Of a stretch of 64,000 bases of DNA, positions 50,805 through 60,218 are shown piece by piece. The position numbers were made by a program, and so were the translations under genes. This DNA comes from Bacteroidales bacterium (GTDB lineage Bacteria > Bacteroidota > Bacteroidia > Bacteroidales > VadinHA17), in the NCBI GenBank assembly GCA_049654745.1, contig JBASIK010000202.1:9111-73110 (forward strand). Reading direction: 5' to 3'. The notes below the pieces were generated by a model that was given only the letters and a program-made list of their open reading frames with translations, did no database searches and was not told the origin of the DNA. Each line of letters opens with the position of its first letter. The first letter of the stretch is position 1.

Positions 50805-53473
50805 TTAGAAAGTTAAATTAACACCAAACATAAATTTTTTGGGAATGGGGTAAGAGCCCTTGTCAATTCCCAGCGAACTTCCTGCATTGGTAGAAACTTC
50901 CGGGTCATAACCGATATAATCACTGAATGTGATCCAGTCGTCCAGCGAGCAATAAACTCTCAGGTTGCTGATTTGAACTTTCTTCGTAATGTTTGAAGGA
51001 ATGGTATAACCTAATTGTATTTGCTTGATTTTGAAGAAAGAGCCGTTGAAGATTACACCGCTGCTAGCGTAGAAATAATCAATCCTGTTTGCACCAGGTC
51101 TTGGTATAGTTGCATCCGTATTTTCAGGTGTCCATCTGTCTTCATAAAAATACTTGAGTTTATTTCCGTTCGGACGGTCAGATCTGGTGAAGCAATTATA
51201 TATCTGATTTCCACCCTGTCCGGCACCGAATACAATTAAATCAAATCCCTTGTAATTGGCTGTTAAAGTAATGCCGTAGGTATAATCCGGGATTCCTTTA
51301 CCTAACATCACCTTATCGTCATTATTGATCACACCATCAGGTTCATCAGCCACGCCGTCGCCATCTGTGTCTATTGTGGGCTGGTCAACGAAAACCGGGT
51401 CACCGGTTGCATCATCTATGTCGGCAAGTTCCCAGCCTCTCATGTACCAGACCGGATACCCCTCTTCAAAAACTGTCAGACCTGTTGATATATGCATGCT
51501 GGCACCATTTATTCTTGATATACTCGGATCTAGGTATGTCACTTTGTTTTTCAGTGTAGCAAGGTTTGCATTTATTCCGTATTTGAAATCACCGAAACTA
51601 TCCTGCCATCCCAGTTCCATGTCCACACCGGAGTTTCTTACATTACCTGCGTTAATGGTGGCGGAGGACATTCCAGTCTCATAAGGAGGAATAATGGTAA
51701 CCAGGAGATCTTTTGAGTTTTTAACAAACCAGTCGAAACTGAATGTCAGTCTGTCGTTCAATGCTCTCAGGTCAAGTCCTATATTAGTCTGTTCTGTTGT
51801 TTCCCATGTGAGTTCGGGGTTTTCCAGCCTGTTGGGTGCGGATGCTGTCTGATAACTGATGTCTTCTGTATATGGGACTGATCCTGCTGAAGCAATGGAT
51901 GCTCTCCATAGAAAACCGTTGAGATGTGCATAGGTACCGTTCTGACCCCATGAGGCTCTCAGTTTCAGGTTATTTATAATATTTGTTTTCGGGAAGAAAT
52001 CTTCCTGGGAAATAACATAACCAACCGAGAAAGCGGGGAATATACCTATATTCTTACCTTCTGGGAAATAGTTTCTGTCGCCTGCATCACGGCGTACGGA
52101 GGCCTGTAAGAGGTATTTCCCTTTATAACCGTAATTGGCACGTCCGAACAAAGAATACAATCTGCCTGTTTTGCTTTCCGAACCACTGACAGTCCTTGTT
52201 GCCGTAGAGGTCTGATATGCAATGTCGTAATAAAGGGGATCATCTTTTATTACTTCATTTACCGAACCGCCTGTGGAACTGGAGAAAGGTTCAATATATG
52301 ACATTCCTGCCATCAGATTCAGGCTGTGTCCTCTAAAGGTTTTCATCCATGTGGCGTAATTATCCCACTGGTATCTGTAGAAGATGCTGTTTGTTCTGCT
52401 TATCTGCCTGTTATCTCTGTTTACAATGGTATTTCCATAGTACGGTTTTGCATGGGTATAGGAACTGCCGTAACCTATCCTGTACCCGAATTTTGAAGTT
52501 ACCGTCAGATCCTTTATGGGAATCAAATCCATTGATACAGATCCTGTGAGGTTAAAGCCGTTGCTGTAACTGTCAGTCTGGTCTCTGATGATCATCGGGT
52601 TTGTCATATCCTGAACATTGGCATTTGACCATGCCCAGTATCTTCCGGTTTCTTTGTCCTGCAAAAGAGGATAGATACCGCCATTAAGGACTGACAGCAT
52701 ATAACCGGGTAAATCCTCATAAGCATATGATACTGGGGTGAGTGGATCCTGAGTCAGTGCGGCACCGAGCAAACCGCCATATTCGTTTGCCTCCGACACT
52801 GTTTCAACATGGTATTTTTCAAGCAGGTTATTGGAACTGACTTTTAGCCAGTCTTTTATTTTATAATCCATATTGAATACCCCTCCAAGTCTTTCATATA
52901 CATCTTTGTCGCCCACGACTATTCCGTCCTGGTTGGTATAGGAAGCTGACATATAATAGGACATTCTTTCGTTCCCACCCTGAAAACCTAAATTATGTCT
53001 CTGTGTTATGCCAGTTTCAAACACGACATCCAGCCAGTCGGTATCTGTAACTCCGTCCCAGTAATCATCAATAAAGGATTTTGAAAGGTAACCTCCTTCA
53101 GTCATGTAATTGATATACTCTTCAGCGTACATTATATCCGGAATACGTGGAAGCTGGCTTGTAGAAAACTGATAGTCGTAGGTTATCCTACCCTCACCAG
53201 CTTTTCCTTTCTTGGTTGTAATAAGGACGACGCCGTTACCTGAAGAAACGCCGTATATAGCCGCTGAGGCAGCATCCTTCAGTATTTCAATTGATTCGAT
53301 ATCGTTGGGATCAATGCCAGAGATGCTGCCGGTTATTATACCGTCAACAACATATAGTGGTTCGGCAGCATTATTTGATGATACACCTCTAACCCTGATG
53401 GTTCCGCTTCTTCCGGTTTTCTGTTAGTAATGTCGCAAACACCGGATGCCGGTTTCGTAGTGGCTTTGATTAT
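50805..53473 (-). pseudogene. susC: SusC/RagA TonB-dependent transporter, 5'-truncated and frameshifted
   Basis: The open frame runs 50805-53423 and begins mid-plug (QKTGRSGTIRVRGVSSNNAAEPLYVVDGIIITG...IESIEILKDAASAAIYG...). An in-frame TAA lies at 53424-53426. Only 25 more plug-like codons (..ASGVCDIT) are readable, in another frame (53399-53473). The upstream GH3 stop is at 53495, so there is no signal peptide, N-terminal extension or TonB box. Confidence 0.8.
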
Positions 53474-53494
53474 TTATTACATCCCTTTTATTAT

Positions 53495-55825
53495 TTACTT
53501 TTTAACATATTTCTGTGTCCTGTTGTCGCTTATCACTCCTTTCCAGTTGAGCCCGAACCCGAATTTGTAGGTATTTCCTTCGCTGTCGGTATAGCATTTC
53601 ATGTCGTGAGGTACGTCTTCGAACTGTTCTTCAACAGTTTTCATATCGGCAGGCATGTTGAATGGCAGCAATGCCGAAGGTTCGGCTTTACCTGAGATAA
53701 TATCCAGTATTGCCTGATCCTGTACAGCAAAATGCAGGAGGATTGCGTCGCAAATACTCTCCATCTCTGCAAGCACGAAGGGATTGGCAGTATTTACGAC
53801 AACAATTAACGGTTTATTCCCAATAGCTTTGCGCGTATCCTTTATGAGTTTCAGGTCGCTATTGTTGGTTGCGGTTACTGTTTTTCCCCTGTAAGTACGG
53901 TTGGTGAAGTTTTCAAAAGGGCTGCCTCCCGCAATACTTACGGGACGGGCATTGACTGCTGTATATTTCTCATACTGAAGTGTTATTGGTACGTATCCGG
54001 TGCCACCTTTACTGAGTTCATCGGTGTTGAAACCTGTCCCTCCCCTCGGACTGTCAATAACAACAATGGCGGCATCGGCTTCTGCGGGATTACCGGTGAG
54101 TTCAAAATAACGGCCTGCAATGTCTGAAGACAGACAGTCAACAATTCTTTCTGCTGCCGGACCGCCAAAAAATCCTCCGCCACCTGCAACACGACGTTTG
54201 GGAATATAGACTTTTATCTTTTCCTTCAACGGAAGCACATTATTCTTATTTTTCAGCATCACTATTGATTTCAGCTGTGCCTCATATCCTGCTTTCATAA
54301 ATTCCGGATTTCCAACTATTTTTTTAGTTTCTTCCGAATCCAGATATGGATTTTCAAAGAGGCCAACCCTGAAAATATTTTTGAGCAATCTTACGGCTGA
54401 TTCTTCAAATCTTGCACGCATAAACTCCTCGCCATACTCTTTCACTCCCATGTTATAGGCATCCAGCACAGGACCTTTATCGTTATTACCGCCGAACTGG
54501 TCTATTCCTGCCATGATAGCTTTGTAATGTCTTTCACTGACAGTCAGTTTCTCGACACCCCATGGTTTTCCCTGGAACTGGTAAACTCCCTCAACGTTGC
54601 CTGTGATCCCCCAATCACTGCAAACAACGCCGTCGAAATTATATTTTTTTCTTAGCAGGTCTGTTATTACAAACTTGCTGTAAGAGTTCCCTACGTTTTC
54701 ATGATAAACGGTGTCGATATTGTAAGAGATTGTATAATAAGGCATTACCGCTGAAGCCATTCCTGTGGGGCCATTAAGTTTGAAGGCTCCTTCCACAAAT
54801 GGTTTCAGGTGATCTTTAAGGTTATTTCCGGGGTAGACGGCGTAGGCACCATAGCCGAAGTGGCCGTCTCTGCCTCCTTCTTCCGGTCCGCCTGAAGGCC
54901 AGTGTTTAACCATAGCATTAACTGAGTGGTAGCCCCATCCGTCTTTTATTTCATAAATAGAATCGGAAGTCTGGAAGCCGTCGACGTATGCTCTGGCCAT
55001 ATCTGTTGCCAGATCGGGGTCTTCGCCCATTGTTCCGTTAAATCTGCCCCAGCGGGGTTCGGTTGCAAGGTCAATCTGTGGCGACAGAGCGGTTGCGATG
55101 CCAAGGGCCCTGTATTCTATGGAGGCTATTTTACCGAATTGAAGCATGAGGTCAGGATCAAAAGTAGCTGCAAGCCCAAGAGTATTAGGCCACATCGAAA
55201 TGTTACCCCCTGCACCAAGGTTGAATTCTGCTGTTGCCTCGGTGCCGTGGCGTGGGTCGGAGCTTGTGTTGACAGGTATTCCGAGTCCCAGACCCTCGAC
55301 AAAAGCCTGCACATTGTTGTTCCATTGTGCTGCCACTTCAGGGCTTTCGACTCTGGTTATCAGCACATGCCTGACATTATCTTCCGATAGGAATTTCTTC
55401 TGCTGGTCGGTCAGGTCGGAAGGTTTTGCACCACTTTTACTGAAGGGCTGGCCGTTGTAAGTAGCTCCCATTCTTCCTCCCTCACCTGCAGGGATTGATT
55501 GATGACTGCTGTAGAGCATCAGCCCTGCTATCTGCTCAACGGAAAGTTTTGAGGCAAGATCTTTTGCCCTTTCGTCTGCCGACAGGCGTCAGTCTTCATA
55601 CGCATCGAGTTTTCCGTTCCGGTTAAGGTCCTTGAAGGCATAACCTCCTGTAGTAATAATCTGTACTCCTGAAGATTTCGAGTAGCCTAGAACCGGACCT
55701 TTCCTGTTATGCACCAGAGTATACCCCTGTTTTTCTTCTTCAGTCCACTTTTTACATGACTGTAGTGAGGTCATAACCATAGCGGTAATGACAAGAATAC
55801 CTGATAAAATGATTGTTTTCTTCAT
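53495..55825 (-). pseudogene. GH3 lipoprotein interrupted by one in-frame TGA (otherwise an intact 776-codon frame)
   Basis: ORFs 55589..55825 (lipoprotein signal MKKTIILSGILVITAMVMTSLQSC...DLNRNGKLDAYED*) and 53495..55519 are in the same frame. My translation of the gap (RLSADERAKDLASKLSVEQIAGLM) contains no other stop. GH3 motifs include SDPRHG and VVCSDWG. Confidence 0.8.
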
Positions 55826-56334
55826 AAGCTATTATATTATAATTGTCAAATAAGAATCTCATTTTGAATTCATATTACTCACATTACCGTAGTACACATT
55901 TCACTATCTATAAGTTAATTTCCAATAGCCTTTCATAAAGGTATTAAATTTTTAATATTGGCTCTCCTTGTAATCAAAACATCATTTCCCGATTAAAAAT
56001 AACTTTAGGAATAATAAAAATGACAATTCATTGCATTCCCGGGGTTTAATCATTTTTCTTCAACCATTACTTTCGTTTGTATGATTTTGTTCTCACATTA
56101 TTTCCTTCTAATATTTTGAAAGATAGCCAATTAAACGATATTCACATATAAGCACCGATTTTGTTATTGATTTTATGTATCATTAAACAACAATTTTCAG
56201 ATTGTGCAAATAGAATATCAATATTGTGACAAACTTAATTTTTTTTTCGAATGCTTTTATTTATTACCATAAGAGAATGAATAAGCGGGTCGACAGTATT
56301 GGTTTTGACATGGCAAGAATTGGAATAATTTTTG

Positions 56335-56342
56335 TAATTTTG
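56335..56342 (+). promoter_or_regulatory. -7 promoter box (TAATTTTG) for tmRNA
   Basis: Matches TAnnTTTG, 13 nt before the mature 5' GGGG. This fits a short precursor leader removed by RNase P. Confidence 0.5.
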
Positions 56343-56355
56343 TTGTCTGATTACC

Positions 56356-56752
56356 GGGGCTGACCTGGTTTTGACAGCATGGGAGGTGGTATGTAAGCAT
56401 GCAGCGTGTGGTGACGCGTCGCTATAAACGGTGTCACGGACTCAATAAACGGCGAATACAATTACGCTCTCGCTGCTTAAACGAACAGAGTAGTTTAAGC
56501 TTTATCCCGGCACAGTGCTGGGAGCGGGACGTCTCCCGGGCGGCGTAGCCGCGAGCCAACCCGATAAGGAGGCGCGTGGAAATCGGGGCTGGCCCGAAGG
56601 TTGTTCCGGCCAGAGGGCGAGACAGAAACGGAACTACGGATTATCAGGGTTGTCCTGCACCCGGATGGTCCCGACAATGGAGCAGGACTAAGCATGTAGA
56701 AAGCATATGGTCTCCATGACTGGACGCGGGTTCGACTCCCGCCAGCTCCACC
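56356..56752 (+). ncRNA. ssrA: Transfer-messenger RNA
   Basis: The 5' GGGGCTG pairs with the 3' CAGCTCC, including the G3:U identity pair. A T-arm GGGTTCGACTCCCGCC is present. The tag ORF GGC GAA TAC AAT TAC GCT CTC GCT GCT TAA (56451-56480) encodes GEYNYALAA. The gene ends ..CCACC, so the terminal A of CCA is not encoded. Confidence 0.95.
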
Positions 56753-56755
56753 TCC

Positions 56756-56890
56756 GCCCTCCGAAGTCCCGAGCAATCGGGACGAAAGAGGGCTCGGTAT
56801 CGCCCTCCGAAGTCCCGAGCAATCGGGACGAAAGAGGGCTGGGTATCGCCCTCCGAAGTCCCGAGCAATCGGGACGAAGGAGGGCTTCTC
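56756..56890 (+). repeat. Three tandem 46-bp hairpin repeat units directly after ssrA
   Basis: The unit is GCCCTCCGAAGTCCCGAGCAATCGGGACGAAAGAGGGCTCGGTATC, at 56756-56801, 56802-56847 and 56848-~56890, with one substitution each in copies 2 and 3. The fold is a 6-bp stem, a 5x5 internal loop, a 6-bp stem and a GCAA loop. Confidence 0.9.
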
Positions 56891-57026
56891 ATTTTAGTGC
56901 CGAACCATAAAATTTGTTTTTCTACTTAATACTTCGTCGGGCTACGGTGGACGCAGTCCACATTTATTTTGTAAGTTTAACAAAATTCCTAAATTTGTCT
57001 GGCTGCATTTCTATTATGTAATAAAC

Positions 57027-57272
57027 ATGGAAGAATTTTGGTTTGTATACATTCTTAAATGTGTAAATGCCAGATATTACACTGGTCTAACCAGAGACAT
57101 CGGCAGAAGATTAACTGAACATAATTCTGGTAAAGTTCATTACACAAAGGACAAGAGGCCTGTAGAACTTATCTCATTCGTTGCTTTCACGGATAAATAC
57201 AAAGCAGTAAATTTTGAAAAATATTTAAAGTCTGGTTCTGGTATTGCATTCAGAAACAGGCACTTAATATAA
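57027..57272 (+). CDS. Minimal GIY-YIG nuclease-domain protein (81 aa, UPF0213/COG2827-like)
   Basis: FWFVYILKC..ARYYTGLTRDIGRRLTEHNSG...: a GIY-type strand, YTG (YIG), a conserved Arg and E..N. No additional DNA-binding domain is present. Confidence 0.85.
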   Translation: MEEFWFVYILKCVNARYYTGLTRDIGRRLTEHNSGKVHYTKDKRPVELISFVAFTDKYKAVNFEKYLKSGSGIAFRNRHLI

Positions 57273-57321
57273 TTTTACCATCAAACATCTATTGTTTCCC
57301 GGACTGCAACCAAAAAACATT

Positions 57322-57382
57322 AGTCCCGAGCAATCGGGACGAAAGAGGGCTCGGTATCGCCCTCCGAAGTCCCGAGCAATCC
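57322..57382 (+). repeat. 1.5 further copies of the 46-bp hairpin unit
   Basis: 57322-57358 equals unit positions 10-46 of copy 1. 57359-57382 equals the first ~23 nt of a unit and then breaks off. Confidence 0.9.
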
Positions 57383-57470
57383 TTTAGATTTACCCTTTTA
57401 TTTATTCTTTTATAAAATGATGATGAAAATTTTTCTTTTTGGTTCTTTTTCTTTTGTTGAAATGTGTTAA

Positions 57471-59627
57471 TATGTTAATAAATCAACACCAGTAGTGGCG
57501 CATTATCCGCGCAGCCTTTTAGACGATGTTCGTAAAAACGGTGTGGGACAGCGTTATTTAATCCAGCATTCTGCCGGCAGCGGCAAGTCCAATTCCATCG
57601 CCTGGCTTGCCCATCAGCTTATCGGTGTACAAAAGGACGAAAAACCTGTTTTTGATTCTATCATTGTGGTAACCGACAGGCGTATTCTCGACCGGCAGAT
57701 TCGCGACACAGTGAAACAGTTTGCCCAGGTGAGTGCTACTGTGGGACACGCAGAGCGCTCTGGAGATTTACGGGCTTTCATCGAAAGCGGCAAAAAAATC
57801 ATTATCACCACACTGCAAAAATTCCCCTTTATTCTGGATGAGATCGGCAGTGAGCATCGCAACGGGAATTTTGCCATCATCATTGACGAAGCCCATTCAA
57901 GTCAGGGTGGCCGCACTCAAGCCCAAATGCATTAGGCATTGTCCGCAGCTATCAATATTGAAGACGATGACGAAACCTTTGAAGATGAAATCAACAGGCT
58001 GATAGAGGCAAAAAAACTTCTGCCCAATGCCAGTTATTTTGCCTTTACCGCCACGCCCAAAAACAAAACCCTTGAGATTTTTGGTACCCCTGTACCTCAG
58101 CCCGATGGCAGGGTAAAGCACATACCATTCCATAGTTATACCATGAAACAGGCCATCCAGGAAGGGTTTATCCTGGATGTGCTGGCTAACTACACGCCGG
58201 TTAATAGCTACTATCATCTGGTTAAAACCATTGAAGATGATCCACAGTTTGACGTGAAGAAGGCGCAGAAAAAACTCCGTCGTTTTGTAGAGAACCACGA
58301 GCATGCCATACGCCTCAAAGCAGAAATCATGGTGGATCATTTTCATGAACAGGTAATTGCCAAAGGAAAAATCGGAGGGCAGGCAAGGGCAATGGTGGTT
58401 ACACGCAGCATAGTCCTTGCTATTGAATACTTCCATGCTATCCGGCAATATTTGCAGGAACGAAAAAGTCCATACATGGCTATTGTGGCATTCTCAGGAG
58501 AACATGATTATGGCGGTAAAAAAGTCAGCGAAGCCAGTCTGAACGGTTTTCCTTCCAACATGATTGCCGACAAAATCAAGGAGGAACCATACAGGATTTT
58601 AATCTGTGCCGACAAATTCCAGACCGGTTACGATGAACCCCTGATGCACACCATGTATGTTGACAAAACACTCTCCGATGTAAAAGCCGTACAAACGCTT
58701 TCGCGGCTCAATCGTTCCCACCCGCAGAAGTACGATACATTCATTCTGGATTTTGCCAATGATGCCGAAACCATTCGCAAGGCCTTTGAGCCATACTACA
58801 GAACAACTATCCTCTCAGAGGAAACAGATCCTAATAAACTTCACGATCTCAAGGCAGGTCTGGATGGCTATCAGGTGTATACCAGAGAGAATATAGAGGA
58901 AGTGGTGCGTCTCTATCTGGCAGGGGCAGAGAGAGATAAGCTTGATGCAATACTTGACAATTGTGTGGCAGAGTATTTGAAACTGGATGAGGATGGACAA
59001 ATAGATTTTAAAAGTAAAGCAAAGGCTTTTCTCCGCACCTATAATTTTCTCTCTGCAATCTTGCCATACACGAATGCTTCGTGGGAAAAGCTTTCTATAT
59101 TTTTGCAGCTTCTGGTTCCAAAGCTCCCTATGCCAAAGGAAGAAGATCTTTCAAAAGGCATATTGGATGCTATCGACATGGATAGTTACCGGGTAGAAAA
59201 ACAGCAGACCATTCGTATTGCGCTCAACGATGCGGATGGCGAAATTGGACCTGTTCCAACCATAGTTGGTGGGCATAAAGGTGAGCCGGAGCTTGATCTT
59301 TTGTCGAATATCATAAATTCATTTAATGACCTTTTTGGTAACATTGAGTGGACAGATAAAGACCGTGTGCAGAAGCTTATTACCGAAGAAATACCTGCAC
59401 GTGTCGCTGCTGATACAGCCTACCGGAATGCGATGAAAAATTCAGACCAGCAGAACGCCCGCATCGAACACGATAAGGCATTGGAGAGGGTGATGACCGC
59501 TATTTTGCAGGACGATACCGAGCTTTTCAAGCAATTCAGTGATAATGATTCTTTCCGCCACTGGCTCAGGGAGAAAATATTTGCGTTAACCTATACAAAT
59601 CAACAGACAGAATCTTCCTCGCCGTAG
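57471..59627 (+). pseudogene. hsdR: Type I restriction enzyme R subunit (HsdR), 5'-truncated with an in-frame TAG
   Basis: Helicase motif I is HSAGSGKSNS and motif II is IIDEAHSSQG, followed by the C-terminal HsdR region. There is no ATG and no N-terminal nuclease domain (the frame opens only at 57471). TAG at 57933-57935 splits two same-frame ORFs (..QAQMH*ALSAAINIEDD..). No hsdM or hsdS is present. Confidence 0.8.
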
Positions 59628-59635
59628 ATAAATCG

Positions 59636-59764
59636 TTTGGGGCAATTCATGATTTGCCCTCAGATAAAGATATAATCCAATGGGAGCGGGAAATAAATAG
59701 GTTGATTTATAAATTGTACGAATTAACCGATGATTAAATTAAAATTATTGAAAATCAAAAATGA
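59636..59764 (+). pseudogene. C-terminal remnant of a restriction-modification methylase/specificity-type protein
   Basis: My own translation gives FGAIHDLPSDKDIIQWEREINRLIYKLYELTDD*IKIIENQK*. It resembles the common ...EIDxLVYxLYxLTxEEIxIIE C-terminus of type II/IIG methylase-family proteins, with TAA where homologs have Glu. Confidence 0.45.
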
Positions 59765-60064
59765 CCTACAATCCCGATAAACACCACCGCCGTTCCATCC
59801 GGTTGCCCGGATACGATTTCATCGGCCGGGGCGTATTTCATTACCATTTGCACGCACAACCGTGTATGTTTGTTCGGGAATATTGTGGATGGGGAAATGA
59901 TATTGAATGAATCCGGGAAAATTGCCCAACAATGTTGGTCGGAAATACCCCGTCATTTTCCGGATGCATCATTGGATGAATTTGTGATAATGCCAAATAA
60001 TGTGCATGGAATCATTATTATTGTACGGGCACAAAATGCTGTGCCCCTAAAATCCATAAAGTAG
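59761..60064 (+). pseudogene. Y1 (HUH) transposase of the RAYT/IS200-like family, frameshifted and 3'-truncated
   Basis: Frame 1 from the ATG at 59761 reads MTYNPDKHHRRSIRLPGYDFIGRG. The frame then shifts at a GGGG run (~59828-59832) into AYFITICTHNRVCLFGNIVDGEMILNESGKIAQQCWSEIPRHF...FVIMPNNVHGIIII. The HUH motif reads NVH (first His lost), and a stop at 60064 falls after ~100 aa. Confidence 0.7.
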
Positions 60065-60218
60065 GAATTGGATAAAAATTATTCAAAATGAATTGTAAGG
60101 GTTCAAAATGTCGGGGTTCAAAATTTTGAACCTGATTCGCCTTCAGATCACCTGATCCTAAAGAACCAGGTCTGCACAATACTCTTTATTTTTCTGCAAT
60201 CCTTCGTCAGGAACGTTC

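Noticed and set aside
55826-56334. The 0.5-kb AT-rich gap upstream of the GH3 pseudogene as a hidden regulator remnant or sRNA gene.
   Set aside because: There is no ORF of 60 aa or more, no recognisable protein fragment in my frame scans and no convincing hairpins. I saw only loosely similar ATTGTG(C)A(C)AAA direct repeats near 56200-56240. It is most simply the promoter region shared with ssrA.
56495-56910. ORF-track entries 56495..56776 (-), 56644..56892 (-) and 56707..56910 (+) as protein-coding genes.
   Set aside because: They overlap the tmRNA gene and the tandem hairpin repeats. Their translations are repeat-derived (e.g. SEVPSNRDERGLG reiterated) and lack start context.
56756-57382. 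The regularly spaced 46-bp repeats could be a CRISPR array.
   Set aside because: The units are directly contiguous with no unique spacers. The constant 8-nt linker is part of the repeat. No cas genes or leader are present. The structure is a tandem hairpin repeat.
57471-59627. A functional type I restriction-modification system.
   Set aside because: The R subunit lacks its N-terminal nuclease region and start codon and carries an in-frame TAG. No hsdM or hsdS is present, only a ~40-codon methylase-type tail.
53495-59764. In-frame TGA (GH3), TAG (hsdR) and TAA (methylase remnant) at positions where homologs have sense codons could indicate an alternative genetic code or programmed recoding.
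   Set aside because: TGA clearly terminates well-conserved genes here: miaA at 10728-10730, rpe at 10715-10717 and the GT2 gene at 26479-26481. TAG and TAA end gap, nifJ and rho at normal lengths. Two of the three lesions lie in a region with other signs of decay (truncations, a frameshift). Only the GH3 TGA is kept as a finding.
56356-60218. An intact genomic island integrated at ssrA.
   Set aside because: No integrase gene is present. I could not find a direct repeat of the tmRNA 3' end (..GGTTCGACTCCCGCCAGCTCCACC) further right in the window. The content is fragments only.
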